Part shown: positions 11,101-23,837 of the stretch, in pieces
Numbering within the stretch: the first letter of the stretch is position 1
How the letters are laid out: the number at the start of each line of letters is the position of its first letter
NCBI GenBank assembly: GCA_001643675.2
Contig: LSRY02000044.1
Location: forward strand, 372,001-436,000
Reading direction: 5' to 3'
Length of the DNA: 64,000 nucleotides
Source of the DNA: Monocercomonoides exilis PA203
Lineage: Eukaryota; Protista; Preaxostyla
The notes under the pieces: generated by a model
Databases searched by the model: none
Told to the model about the DNA's origin: nothing
What the model saw: only the letters and a program-made list of their open reading frames with translations
Program-made: the position numbers and the translations under genes

Positions 11101-14100
11101 CTCCTCTTCCATCCTCCTCCATCGCCTCCCGCTCTCCCAAGTCCCTCAAATAGCTCAATCCTGAAACCGATTCGCAACCCGTTCTTCTCCAAGTGCTTCC
11201 CTCATCCTCTGCTCGTGGCTCACCCCCTTTCTGTGCATCAATGGCTGTGTCTGTGAAAGTGCCTGTGGTTGCGGTTGTGGTTGTGGTTGCGGTGCTGGTT
11301 GTATTTGCTTCGCCACCCTTGCTCCAATCGCAAATCCCAATCGGAATTGGCGCAATCCTCTTCTTGACACGCGATGCCCCTCCTCCCAAAACTACAATCC
11401 CTGGCTGCTCCTCCTCTGCTGCTGCTCCACCCCCCATCGCACTCGCCTCAACCCCTTTCTCCCCCTCTCCTCCTCGCTTGTCCTCTTCTCTGCAAATCTG
11501 CTTCTCCCTCCCTCGCTCTCCTCTCCACTCCCTCCAGCATTCTCCACCCCACCCATATCCCCAAGGCACCCACCGCTCCAGCCGGCTGAACCCAGTTCTT
11601 CACTCCCACCTTGCGGCTGTGGCTGTGGTTGAGAAGGCTTTTGAGATTGCGCCTGCGCCAGAACCAGCGGGGCATCGTCCACAGCTGGATAGATCGCATC
11701 CTCGAAGTCGTACTGCCTTCTGAACAACCGAAACTCCTCTTCCCCGCTCTCCCGCTCCTCCCTTGCCCCTTCTTCGCAAAGTCCCATCCAATCGTGCCCC
11801 GATCCAGAAGCACTTCCTCTTCTTCCTCTTCCTCTTCCCCATATTCCCCCTCTTCTTCCTCTTCTTCTATTTCTCTCGTCCAGTCATCATGCTCTGTGCT
11901 CTCACTCCCCTCTTCTGTCCCACTCTCCCTTTCTCTCCCATCCAACTCTCCCACCTCTCCTCTTTCTCCTCTTTCCTTCTCACCCCTCTCTTCCTCCTCC
12001 TTATTCGCCTCCTCCTCTCCTCCCTCTCTCTCTCCCTCATCCGCCCTTCCCACTCCCGCCGCCGCTTCTCCCGCCGCTCTGCCTGGCTCTTCCCTGTCTC
12101 AAACAGAATCACAATCATTTCTCCTTTCATCGTCACGCACACGCACACACACCATCTCCTCCCCTTTCTTTCCTCCCCTTTCCCCTCCTTCTCCTTTTCT
12201 TCTCCATTCCGCCCCAGCTCTGTCTCCGTCTCCATCGGTGGATGGCTCCAGCTCACATCCGAAGGCTGCTGCCCAGAAATCTGCTGCACAATCAGAAACG
12301 GCCCATTCCGCTTCTCCCTCTGCCTCCCCCTCTGCCTCCCTCCCCTCCCAAAAATGTCCAGCTCGTCTGTCCGATAGAACGACACCATCGAGTCTGTCCC
12401 TGCCACTGCAAAGCACTGATGGTAATCACACTCCCAATCCCTTCCCCCATTTCCTTTCTTATCTTTATTTCCTTTATTTCCTCTTCCCTTCCCCCTCCTT
12501 CTCCCCCTCCCCACCGACACAAAATAGCTCGGGCAGAATCGGCAGATCGTGATCGGAAGAACATGCCCCCCAACACACCCCACCGGCACAAGCACCCCCA
12601 GCCTCAGCACCCCGCTCAGCCCAATCACCCTCTGCCTCACCCCTGCTCCAACGCTCCTTCCACCCATCCCCTCTCCTCCCGGCATTATTGTTGTCCTCGT
12701 TGTTAAGGGCGATCCCTGCTCCCATCCTCCTTCTTCTCCTCTCCTCCTAAGCTTCCATCTCTCTTCCTTCTCCTCCTCCCGCACCCACTCGTCCTCCCAC
12801 ACATACAGCCTTCTGCTCTCTCCCTTCTCTCCCTTCTCTTCTTCATCCTTGCTCCTCTCCCCAAGTGAAGTGTGCGAGGTGTGTGAAGTGTACGAAGTGC
12901 CTGTGTATTCCTCGCCCTTCTCACACCCCCCATCCACCACATACACCCCCGCCGTGTGGTACTCTGCATCGATCCCACGCTCCCGCCCCTTCCCATCCTT
13001 TCTCCCCTCTCTTCCTCTCTTCCGCTTCTTCCGCTCCTTCTGCTCCTTCTGCTCCTTCTCCCTCCCAAGTACTTCTTCATCCGCTCTCTCCACTTTCTCC
13101 TCAATTCCTCTTCTTCCTTCTCTTCCTTCTCTTCCTTCTCTTCCTTCTCTTCCTTCTCTTCCTCTCCCCTGCACGTCTCTGTCTCATCTTCTGTCTTACA
13201 ATCTCCATCGCCAGCACTATCAGAAGAAGAAGAAGAAGAAATGGATGATGATGATGATGATGATGATGAACCCTGTTCCCCACCAACAACACAACTTCCT
13301 GCCTGCCCACATGAGTCTCCTTCCCTGTTCCCCAAACCCAAAGGAACTCCTGCCTCATCTTCCTTTCCTTCTCCTGATTTCGCCTCCTCATTCTCTGCCT
13401 CAGCGCCTTTCTCCCTTTGCCCCTCTTCTCCAGGCCCCTGCCCCTTCCTCCCATCCCCCAACAAATCTCTCTTCCTCCCAACTGTGCTGTTGTTGCTCCA
13501 CGTCCATTTGTAATTTCAGCCCCAGGAATGGGTCCAGATGTGTGTGTCGGCTGCCTGCTCTGAGCATCTGCCTTCTCCTCTATCTCTCCCTCTTCCCCGT
13601 CTCCATCCAACTGCGGAATCACAAATGACCCCACTTCTGCTTCTGCCTCTGCCTCTGCCTCTGCCTCTGCCTCTGCCTCTGCCTCTGCCTCTGCCTCTGC
13701 CTCTTCTTCCTCTTCTTCTTCCTCATCCTCATCCTCATCCTCATCCTCTTGTTCTTCCTCCACCAGCCGCCTGTCCACCTTCCCCTTCGCCTTCTCCCCA
13801 AACACCCCTACCACAATCCTCCCGTCCACTCGTCCAGCTGGCTTGCTGCCTTCCGCTAAGCTGCTCGCACTCACCCTCCAGCTCTTCTTCCCTTTATCCC
13901 CTTTTCTTCTTCTTCTTTTCTTCCCTTTCCTCTTCTCGCGCCCTTCTGCCTACCCCAACCCCAGGCCCAGACCCAGGCCCAGGCCCAGGCCCAGGCCAAG
14001 GCCAAGGGCCCAGCATCCGCAGCACCGCCCCGCTCTCCTTCTCCACCTCCAGGATCGCCCCGTCGCACTGCACAAACAGCCCGCCCAACCCGCTCACAAT

Positions 14101-14843
14101 CCCCTTGCACCCCCCAGCTCCTCGCACACCGCACTCTTCCACCGCACTCTTATCCTCCCGCCCCGTACCCCACCCGCACACACTCCGCCCCGCCGCCACA
14201 CACCGCTCCACCCGCATCACCTCCTCCACCCGCGGCACCCCCCAGCACACAATCCCCCCGTCCAGGTCGCACGAATACACCGCCTCCGACCCGCCCTCCC
14301 AGCACACCCCCGTCACGTCCCCGCGTGCCCTGCTGCCTGCTCCTGCGTAACTACCCGCACCCACCGCCAGTCCCGCGCATACCGCACCCCAGCGCCTCCT
14401 GCGCCTCTTCTGCCCTCAGCCCTCGCAGCCCCGACGCTGTCTCCTCCGCCGCCCGCACCACCACCGCCCCGCCGCCTCTGCCTCCACCGTCCCGCTCGGC
14501 GCCCAGATAAACACCGCCCCGTCCGACGTGCTGCACGACGCCAGATACGCCCCGTTCGGGAGAAAAACGCACACAGTTCACTGACCCCTCGTGCTCCTTC
14601 AGCGTCTGCACCGCCTTCCGCCGCCCCCGTCCGCCTCCTTTGCCCCGTCAATCACCGCCTCCGCGTCCCAGATGTCGATCCCTGCACCCCCCACACATCA
14701 GACAAGCAAAAACAAAAACTGCACACACATGGCCCTGCTGTCGCAAAGCACGAGTTGTCCGGGTGCACGTCCACCCCGTAAAACGGCGCCCCTTTGCTTC
14801 CCGAAGGCCGTACCGACCGCGGCATCAGCAGCTCCACGCTCAT
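8182..14843 (-). CDS. HIRA: HIRA/Hir1 histone H3.3 chaperone (left copy, broken by many homopolymer frameshifts and small deletions)
   Basis: Mirror of 28708-35431. Fragments include 13894..14364, 11867..13174, 10796..11569, 8681..10633 and 8182..8604. ATG (cat) at 14841-14843. Confidence 0.7.
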
Positions 14844-16330
14844 CGAATTACAAAAATTCAATATGTTCCATAATAATTTCGCTCCAGCAAATTAAAAATT
14901 GTTTTTGCAATGAACGGGCAATGAGGGGCCAAAATATAGCTTTCAGAAGCACTTTTGCGCATTGATTTTGTGCGCAATTTTCTTGGGTTCTCGCGCGTAT
15001 GTGTGCAAGAGACGCCTGAGAATGCTTATTTTGTTTGTTTGTTTGTTTGTTTGTTTGTTTTGCCTGCCACGCGCGTTTTATGTGGATTGTTGGAGCCAGC
15101 AGGTGTTTTCATATAATGAAAATCGTTATTGGCAGTTGATTGCTTGTCTTCACCAAATGATCTTTTCTTTCGTGCTTGAAAGAAGAAAAATGGAAAAGCA
15201 CAAATGGCAAAGATATTTTTTTCTGTTTGTGGTTGCTGCAACTCATTGCATGCAGTCGGGGGGTGCAACGAAAACGCGCGTGTGTGGGGATGCTTTTGCC
15301 TCCGCGATTTTGTGATATTTCAGCGAAGCTGTGGAAAACGACCGAGCAAGCGTTGATGCAGCGCCAGCACCAGCGACAGGGCAAAACTCCTTTTTCCAAT
15401 GGAGCGCATGAGCATGAGCATGAGCATGCACCAGCTGTGCATCGAAGAGATGGTGGTGGAGGGAGAGTGAAAGGCGACGAGGTTGCAGAGGAATTGAGGA
15501 GCCGCTGAGCAGCGATTGATGCGAGGGAGAAACGGGAGGCACTGCTTCAAGGGATGCAGCTGACGCAGATGATGCGGCTGATGTGGTTGCAAGTGCATTT
15601 GTGAGCAGACGCAGGAACTGTCTTGTTGTTGTGGAGCGAGCGCAATGGGGATGGGAAAAGAAAGGGGATTTGCCTTTGCAGGTGCCTTTGTGATTGCATG
15701 GGGTTGTGGGCATGGAGAAGGCTTGCACAAGGAAGAAAGTGGACGGGAATCGCTGAGAGCGCGAGGTTGTGTTTCACTGGGTGCTTTGGGCTCATTTGCG
15801 AAAAGGAGGGAAGAGGAGTCGTTGATGTTGGCGTTGGTGTTGGCATTGGTGTTGGCATTGATGTTGGCATTGATGTTGGGGAAGGATGCATTTGGGATAA
15901 GGACTAATTTGAGGCAGTTGGGGTCGAGAAAGGGAAGGGTTTATGTGATGGAAGAACAATGACAGCAAGGATGGTGGGCGTGGTTGTGGTTGTGGAGCAG
16001 AAGGCAGGCAAAATGATGTGTTTTGTGGGTCAGCTGAGTTTGGGAGAGAATGAGAACGTGCTATTTTTGAAAAGAAGGCATTTTTTTCTTTGTTGTGGTT
16101 GTGGTTGTGTCTGCAAGAGTTGCGAAAGAGAGGAGTTCATCGTTTGATTGTTTTGAATGGGGATTGGAAAGAGTCATGGTCTGTTGAGAAAACAGCTTGT
16201 TTTTGAGAAATATCTTTTCTTTGAGGCAGTGATGTTTTGTGTTTGTTAAAGTTATTGATTTATTTTTTTTATCATTTTCTGTTTTTTTCTATTTTTTTTA
16301 AGGTGTTGTTGCTGGGTGTGGAGTGTGCTT

Positions 16331-16338
16331 GTTTGAGT

Positions 16339-16389
<51 letters not shown>

Positions 16390-16532
16390 CGGGAAAGTGG
16401 AGAGCAAATAGAGAAGAGAACGAAAGAGATGGTGAGAGCCTTTGTCGGGGAATGTTGTTCAGTTTTGTGGTTGGGGGAGGAGCGGGGTTTGTTGCCTCTC
16501 CAAAGCCAGCGCTGAATGAAAGTTTGAGTGTT
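16331..16532 (-). mobile_element. Putative retroposed poly(A)-tailed insert with 11-bp TSD (left copy)
   Basis: gtttgagtgtt at 16331-16341 and 16522-16532 flank ~50 T plus ~130 nt of unique sequence. Confidence 0.4.
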
Positions 16533-17296
16533 GAACTGATTTTTCTGTGTTTGTTTTGGTGGCCTTCTTGAAGTGGAGAATGTGAAGTGAGAAAATATTG
16601 TTGTTTTTTTGTTTTTATTTTTTATTATTTGAGCCATCAGCAGCTGCACGTTGAGTTGTTTCTTGTGCTCCTTCTTTGGAGGCAAAAAGGCAATGGGCAG
16701 CATGCATTGAAAATGGAAGTGGGAGAAGCGCCAGGGGCACAAGGCCTTGGCTGCCCAACCATCTTTCCCGCATCCTCTTTTCGGAATGGCTGAGGCACAG
16801 AACGAGTTTCCTTCATTTCTTTTCATTTTTTATTTATTTATTTATTATTTTTTTTTTTTTTCAGATTGAAAAAAAATTATTTGATTTTTTGTTTTTTTTA
16901 AATGTTTTTTCCATCAGCATTCACAAAAAATAGAAAAGAAAAGAAAAATGAAAAAGAGTTTTCAATCAACAAATAAACGCACAAACAAAAAATATACATC
17001 CATTTCTCTTTCCTCTTTCCTCTTTCAAAAGGAAAAACAAACAAAAACAAACAAAAACAAACAAAATAAATCTGGTGTTTTTCGAAATGACAAATGACTA
17101 TTTCATGAATAAACAAAATAAACTCGAAAATGTTCTTCCCCATCACTCCCACATCGCACGTTCCCATCCGGCTTCCCAGAGCATCCTTCTCTCCTGTCTC
17201 CTCAAACCCTAATTCAATGGGCCAGCTGCCTCTGACCCAACCACCACTCCCTCCCCCTCCTCCTTTCTCTCCCCCTCCTCCCCTCAGCTCCCTCTC

Positions 17297-19708
17297 TCAG
17301 AACACCGAAGGATACGGCATCGGCAGCCCCAGGATCGCCGAAATGATGTTCATGCACCGCTTGTCCCACAGGATGTTCGTGTGCACCGCCCGCGCAGCTC
17401 AAACCGCGCTGCTGCATCCAGCATGTCGTTCGCTGCCGAAAACGCTGGCACCGTCCTGTCTCCGTCCACAACCGTAAATCTCCGATGCGCATTCAGAATC
17501 ATCTCCCGCGTCACACCCGCAAACGCTGCATCCTCTGTAAAACACGAAAACGAACTCGGCACTTTCGCCTGTGCTGCCGAGTGCAATCTCGATGAATCGG
17601 CTGATGAATTTGACAAAGAAGAGGAAGAAGAAGAAGAAGTTGTTGTTGTTGTTGTTGTTGTTGTTGTTGAAAGGGATGATGATGATGATGATGATGATGC
17701 ATTTGGTGGAGACGAGCATTGCTTCGCCACAGGCTCATCTGGCTCGTGCTTGCTGTTCAGCATCTTTTGGTCGATATCGATGAGGCAGTCCCAGTCCGTC
17801 GGCTGCCCAGTCCCAAAGATGTTGAACAGGTCGATCCCCAGCGACCGCAGAGAAAGCGGCAGCGACCAGAAATATCTGATGTGCCCAACAATCTCCTCCT
17901 GCGTGAACGGTGGCTCCCAGATATGCGGGTATGTCTGCTTGTGCAGATACACATACAGATCCGACAGGCGCTTCATGCGGCGCGGAAGCCCCGAAGGCTC
18001 CGACGAGCTCGTGGGCTGCAGACGGCTTGTTGACGGCGGAGACTCCGAATCTGAGGCCCTGGGCGGCGCACGAGCCGAAGAGGAAGGCAGAGGCACAGCA
18101 GAAGGCGGCTGTGCACAGGGCAGGCACGACGACTTCCCGGCTTTTGCCGGGGGAGGAAGAGGGTGATGCAGGTGGAACAGCGTGTGGCGCTCCGAGACAC
18201 GGAAGTTGGGCGAGGAAACATAGGAAAGGTGCTTGAGCGCCCCATTACGGCAGGAGGGCGAGCACGAGTCTGCAAAGAACTTGGAGAGCGGAGGCTCATC
18301 CAGCGTGTTCAGTCGAAACTGGGGCGGCAAGGCAAAAGAAGAAGCGCGCACTGGAGGGACAAAATTTCGGCTGTCGAGGATTGGCGAGCGGTGCTGCGCC
18401 GAAGAAACCTGAAGCGGCGCATATTCCCAAAAAAGCGGTTCTATTTGCGATGTATTTGCATCTGAGGGAGGAAGCGACGAAAGATTTGATGATGGCTTAA
18501 CCTGCTTAGGAGGCTGCATGTATCTGTCAAACACCTCTCTTTCAGAGGAAATACTTCTTCCAGAACCTTCAGTCGTCAATGAATCATTCAATAATGTCTT
18601 CGTTTCCTTTTCTCTTAAAGATTTTTCAAGGTCTTCGTTTTCCGTTGATGTTTCTTGTGCCACTGTAACAATTTGCGACGAAGATGATTCGGCTTCGCTG
18701 ACACTTTCATCAGTATCTGCGTCCCAGCATATTCCTTCCTCGTCCACATGATAGGAAAACCATAATCTTTTTGACCATTTTGGTGTTTGGCCTTCTCCTT
18801 TTGTCTGAACACGTATTCCAATCTTTGGAGAAAATGGCACATTTTCAGGCTGCACAAACCAGTATGTTCCGAGCGTTGAAATAGAAAGACTTTGCATGGA
18901 AGATGCTTTCATAAATATTGACGGCATGCCCAAAGCGTAGCCATTCAGAAAAGCAGTAAGATGCCTTCCTGCCCCAAGAAACGGGCATGCAAGGGCTATC
19001 CATTTATTGATTCTTGAAGACGCAAACAACGGATGCAACTGGAGAAATAGACGAAACAGCTGGCCGCCCAGCGAATGAGTTATAATTGTAACTTTCTGTT
19101 TCCCGCAAGCCTCATAAGCTTCGTCAATTCTGTTTACAAGTCCTTGCTCTGTTGAAAAAAGTGTTCCTTCTTCCCTCCAATCATAAGGAAAGCCCCAGAG
19201 GTTAATTCCAGGCTTATACCCTTGAGATTTAAGCATTACAATAATATCATGAAAATAAGAATTATATCTATTTGTCAAGAAGCCAATAAAATAAAAAATT
19301 CCATTAAATATGTGGAGGAAAGGATTGCAGAGGATAAAACTTCACAAAAAGTGTATGCACCAAATTATTCATACCGGTGGGGAACGGGCGTGCGCGGAAA
19401 CAATTCGTCGCAAGCTTCAAGTCCATAATTGCCATCAGGAACAAAAACACGATAATTTTTATTATTTCCTACATAAGATAAGGTGTCGCAATTCAGTTTC
19501 CCAAGCATATATTTATGCATTTTTGTGTCAGCTGAAAAAATAGTTGGCCATAACTTTACTGTTTCCCAATTCTCTTTATTTCTTGCTTTTATTACACTTC
19601 CTGAAAACAACAGCGTTAAAAGCAAATTGTGCTGAAACTTCAAAAATTACCTCCACATCCTGGTATCAAAATTACAGAAGGGCGCACTTTAGCTGTTGTT
19701 TTTTTCAT
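17297..19708 (-). CDS. LCAT-family / group XV phospholipase A-like alpha/beta hydrolase (left copy, 1-nt frameshift near 17390)
   Basis: Mirror of 23838-26253. Motifs GFPYDWR, THSLGG and GDRTVP. Confidence 0.8.
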
Positions 19709-20037
19709 CCAGTAAGCATCAGTTTATTTTGCGTTGTTTTCCATAATATTATAATACTTCATAAAAGAAAATTTTTTTGAATTTGATATTATTTAAAATG
19801 ATATTATAAGTATGCATGTATTTATTCTGTCCATAGAAAGCATGTTATTAAAGCAACGCAAAACAAGAATAAACGAAAATAATCATTATATCCAATAAAT
19901 TCAAAAGTCTTCACGTTAACACAAATATTGAAAATAAAATATCAAAAATATTAATGTGCATATGATATTAATGAATATATTTTAATAAAATTGAAAATAA
20001 AAACGATAAAGTTTATGGAAATTTTTTGAAAATAAAA

Positions 20038-20153
20038 AGCTACAGCACTGGGTTTTCCAGGCGGTCACCCATCCAAGTACTAACCCAGCGTTGGCCGCTT
20101 AACTTCGGAGGTCTGAAGGGATCCGGTGCGTATGACCAACTATGGCCGTAGCT
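20038..20153 (-). rRNA. 5S rRNA (left copy)
   Basis: Reverse complement of 23390-23506, one A shorter in a homopolymer. Confidence 0.93.
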
Positions 20154-20301
20154 CGAATATGCGAATCTTCTCTTGCCTTTTATAATACTCTTTTGCTATT
20201 AATTTTCAAATTTATATTAATTTTTCCAAAATTACACCAAAAATAATTCAAATTCGAAAATAATAGTTTAATTTCGAATAAAAAATTTGACAGTATTTTT
20301 C

Positions 20302-20366
20302 TAAACCCGTGTGACGTGATGAAGATTTTGACTTCACGTCCGTCAGTATTGATTTTTCGCGTCAGT

Positions 20367-20415
<49 letters not shown>

Positions 20416-20625
20416 TGAGTTCTCTTTGAATGTATTCAACTTTGATTTCCACCATAATTTTTGATAAAAACAATAAATTTAAAAATAAAATAAAATAAAT
20501 TATTAGATTTTTTTGAGATTTTGCGAATAATCTTTATTAATAAACATTAGTGACGTGAATATTTTTGATGAGTCCGTCAGAATTGAAATTTCTCACGTCA
20601 GTGGTCATAACGTCACACAGGTTTA
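20302..20625. mobile_element. MITE-like element with 21-bp imperfect TIRs and TGACG-rich subterminal repeats (left copy)
   Basis: taaacccgtgtgacgtgatga (20302-20322) matches the reverse complement of 20605-20625 (taaacctgtgtgacgttatga) at 19/21. Internal ~65-bp direct repeat (20302-20369 vs 20541-20605) and a T46 tract. Confidence 0.5.
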
Positions 20626-21730
20626 ATTTTTTCCATTTCATGATGATGGATTTCAGTAAATAATATGTTGTTATTCAATTTACAATAAACCATTATTCTT
20701 GAATAAACATTGATATGAAAAACAAGTCTATTTTATAAAGATTTTTTAATTAAAAATAGTTGTGACTCTGCTGTCGTATATAAAGAATATCATTCACACA
20801 ACAAAAAATATTCGACCGGAAATTGAATAATGTTAAATCATCTCTTTAGAATAAATTTAGTTATTATTTTCAGTTTCAAATATAGGGTCATATTTTTAAA
20901 GAACTCAGTTTTTATTAGATTCTAAATATTTTTTCCCCTTATATTACTTCAAATAGAAACTTGTGTTCGATGAGAATAATTTTAAAACAAATGATATATT
21001 ATTGAAGGTTGCATGATAAATTTTTTGAAAATTAATTCTTCAAAAGAAAGATCTGAATTTTTTAAGTTTCATTTATTGATCAATGTTTTGCTCGTTTTCC
21101 ACGAGCTTTTGACGATGAGTATTTTCAAACTCGCATTGTTTTTTAACTTTTCTTTCTAACATTTTTCGTTATTTAATAACTTTAGAAACTCTTTTTTTCA
21201 CTGGTTTTCACACCTCACATTTTTGAATTAAACTCAAATACACCATTTATTATTCAAATTTGGTGAACTAATTATTCGAACTTGGTAAACTAATTATTCA
21301 AAATTAATAAAATTGAGTATTTTTTGAAAAAGTTATTTGTGAAAAATTGGTTTTGGCTGAATATCAGAATGTGATTTAAATATTATATATTGTCAATATT
21401 AAAAATGCAGATGAGAAATTGAATCTCTGTTATTATTATTTGTGAACAAACATGATATTTTTTGATTTTTCAGAAAAAATCATCATCATGGAAATCCGAT
21501 AATTCTCAAATGATTTCAGCACACAATGTTGGATTACATATTGTTTTATCCAAATATATTATTTGCATTAAAATATGTTCAAAAGATCAACAAAAAACAA
21601 ATGAAAAATTCTGAAAGCACATGAATAGATTTGTCTACATTTTTTTGAAAAGTTCCTTTTGTTTATTTTCCAAATAAAGAAAAAATTTCATATTTCGATC
21701 ATATTTCCATCATATTTATGTTCCCACTCA

Positions 21731-21796
21731 AAAATATTCGCTGTTATGAAAAATAAATCTTTCTGATGTTATTATTACCATTTGAGTGAAGTTTCG
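21731..21796. other. 66-bp non-palindromic spacer at the symmetry axis
   Basis: aaaatattcg...tttgagtgaagtttcg lies between the two arms. Confidence 0.95.
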
Positions 21797-22915
21797 TGAG
21801 TGGGAACATAAATATGATGGAAATATGATCGAAATATGAAATTTTTTCTTTATTTGGAAAATAAACAAAAGGAACTTTTCAAAAAAATGTAGACAAATCT
21901 ATTCATGTGCTTTCAGAATTTTTCATTTGTTTTTTGTTGATCTTTTGAACATATTTTAATGCAAATAATATATTTGGATAAAACAATATGTAATCCAACA
22001 TTGTGTGCTGAAATCATTTGAGAATTATCGGATTTCCATGATGATGATTTTTTCTGAAAAATCAAAAAATATCATGTTTGTTCACAAATAATAATAACAG
22101 AGATTCAATTTCTCATCTGCATTTTTAATATTGACAATATATAATATTTAAATCACATTCTGATATTCAGCCAAAAACCAATTTTTCACAAATAACTTTT
22201 TTTCAAAAAATACTCAATTTTATTAATTTTGAATAATTAGTTTACCAAGTTCGAATAATTAGTTCACCAAATTTGAATAATAAATGGTGTATTTGAGTTT
22301 AATTCAAAAAATGTGAGGTGTGAAAACCAGTGAAAAAAAAGAGTTTCTAAAGTTATTAAATAACGAAAAATGTTAGAAAGAAAAGTTAAAAAACAATGCG
22401 AGTTTGAAAAATACTCATCGTCAAAAGCTCGTGGAAAAACGAGCAAAACATTGATCAATAAATGAAACTTAAAAAAATTCAGATCTTTCTTTTGAAGAAT
22501 TAATTTTCAAAAAAATTTATCATGCAACCTTTCAATAATATATCATTTGTTTTAAAATTATTCTCATCGAACACAAGTTTCTATTTGAAGTAATATAAGG
22601 GGGAAAAAATATTTAGAATCTAATAAAAAACTGAGTTCTTTTAAAAATATGACCCTATATTTGAAACTGAAAATAATAACTAAATTTATTCTAAAGAGAT
22701 GATTTAACATTATTCAATTTCCGGTCGAATATTTTTTGTTGTGTGAATGATATTCTTTATATACGACAGCAGAGTCACAACTATTTTTAATTAAAAAATC
22801 TTTATAAAATAGACTTGTTTTTTCATATCAATGTTTATTCAAGAATAATGGTTTATTGTAAATTGAATAACAACATATTATTTACTGAAATCCATCATCA
22901 TGAAATGGAAAAAAT

Positions 22916-23129
22916 TAAACCTGTGTGACGTTATGACCACTGACGTGAGAAATTTCAATTCTGACGGACTCATCAAAAATATTCACGTCACTAATGTTTA
23001 TTAATAAAGATTATTCGCAAAATCTCAAAAAAAAATCTAATAATTTATTTTATTTTATTTTTAAATTTATTGTTTTTATCAAAAAATTATGGTGGAAATC
23101 AAAGTTGAATACATTCAAAGAGAACTCAC

Positions 23130-23174
<45 letters not shown>

Positions 23175-23239
23175 ACTGACGCGAAAAATCAATACTGACG
23201 GACGTGAAGTCAAAATCTTCATCACGTCACACGGGTTTA
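22916..23239. mobile_element. MITE-like TIR element (right copy)
   Basis: taaacctgtgtgacgttatga ... tcatcacgtcacacgggttta, with an internal A41 tract. Confidence 0.5.
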
Positions 23240-23355
23240 GAAAAAATACTGTCAAATTTTTTATTCGAAATTAAACTATTATTTTTCGAATTTGAATTAT
23301 TTTTGGTGTAATTTTGGAAAAATTAATATAAATTTGAAAATTAATAGCAAAAGAG

Positions 23356-23365
23356 TATTATAAAA
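23356..23365 (+). promoter_or_regulatory. TATA-like element about 30 nt upstream of the 5S rRNA gene
   Basis: tattataaaa at -34 to -25, as seen upstream of many eukaryotic 5S genes. Confidence 0.5.
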
Positions 23366-23389
23366 GGCAAGAGAAGATTCGCATATTCG

Positions 23390-23506
23390 AGCTACGGCCA
23401 TAGTTGGTCATACGCACCGGATCCCTTCAGACCTCCGAAGTTAAGCGGCCAACGCTGGGTTAGTACTTGGATGGGTGACCGCCTGGAAAAACCCAGTGCT
23501 GTAGCT
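23390..23506 (+). rRNA. 5S rRNA (right copy)
   Basis: AGCTACGGCCATA...CCGGATCCC...CCGAAGTTAAGC (box A)...TTAGTACTTGGATGGGTGACCGCCTGG (box C)...GTGCTGTAGCT. The 5' and 3' ends pair and the length is ~117 nt. Confidence 0.95.
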
Positions 23507-23511
23507 TTTTT
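23506..23511 (+). terminator. RNA polymerase III oligo-T terminator of 5S
   Basis: T6 immediately at the 5S 3' end. Confidence 0.75.
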
Positions 23512-23837
23512 ATTTTCAAAAAATTTCCATAAACTTTATCGTTTTTATTTTCAATTTTATTAAAATATATTCATTAATATCATATGCACATTAATATTTT
23601 TGATATTTTATTTTTCAATATTTGTGTTAACGTGAAGACTTTTGAATTTATTGGATATAATGATTATTTTCGTTTATTCTTGTTTTGCGTTGCTTTAATA
23701 ACATGCTTTCTATGGACAGAATAAATACATGCATACTTATAATATCATTTTAAATAATATCAAATTCAAAAAAATTTTCTTTTATGAAGTATTATAATAT
23801 TATGGAAAACAACGCAAAATAAACTGATGCTTACTGG

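Larger units (their letters stand above)
1..21730. repeat. Left arm of giant inverted duplication (may extend beyond the window start)
   Basis: Reverse complement of 21797-43618. Position 1 (aaaacagata) pairs with 43618, and the ORF track is mirrored throughout. Confidence 0.98.

Noticed and set aside
7720-11256. 1178-aa Pro/Ser-rich + strand ORF and similar overlapping ORFs (e.g. 32350..34221)
   Set aside because: These are antisense shadows of the G-rich HIRA coding strand. C-rich sequence lacks stops and no domain is recognisable.
20626-22915. Possible transposase or protelomerase gene in the AT-rich core
   Set aside because: The segments translated give only short stop-riddled frames with no recognisable motif.
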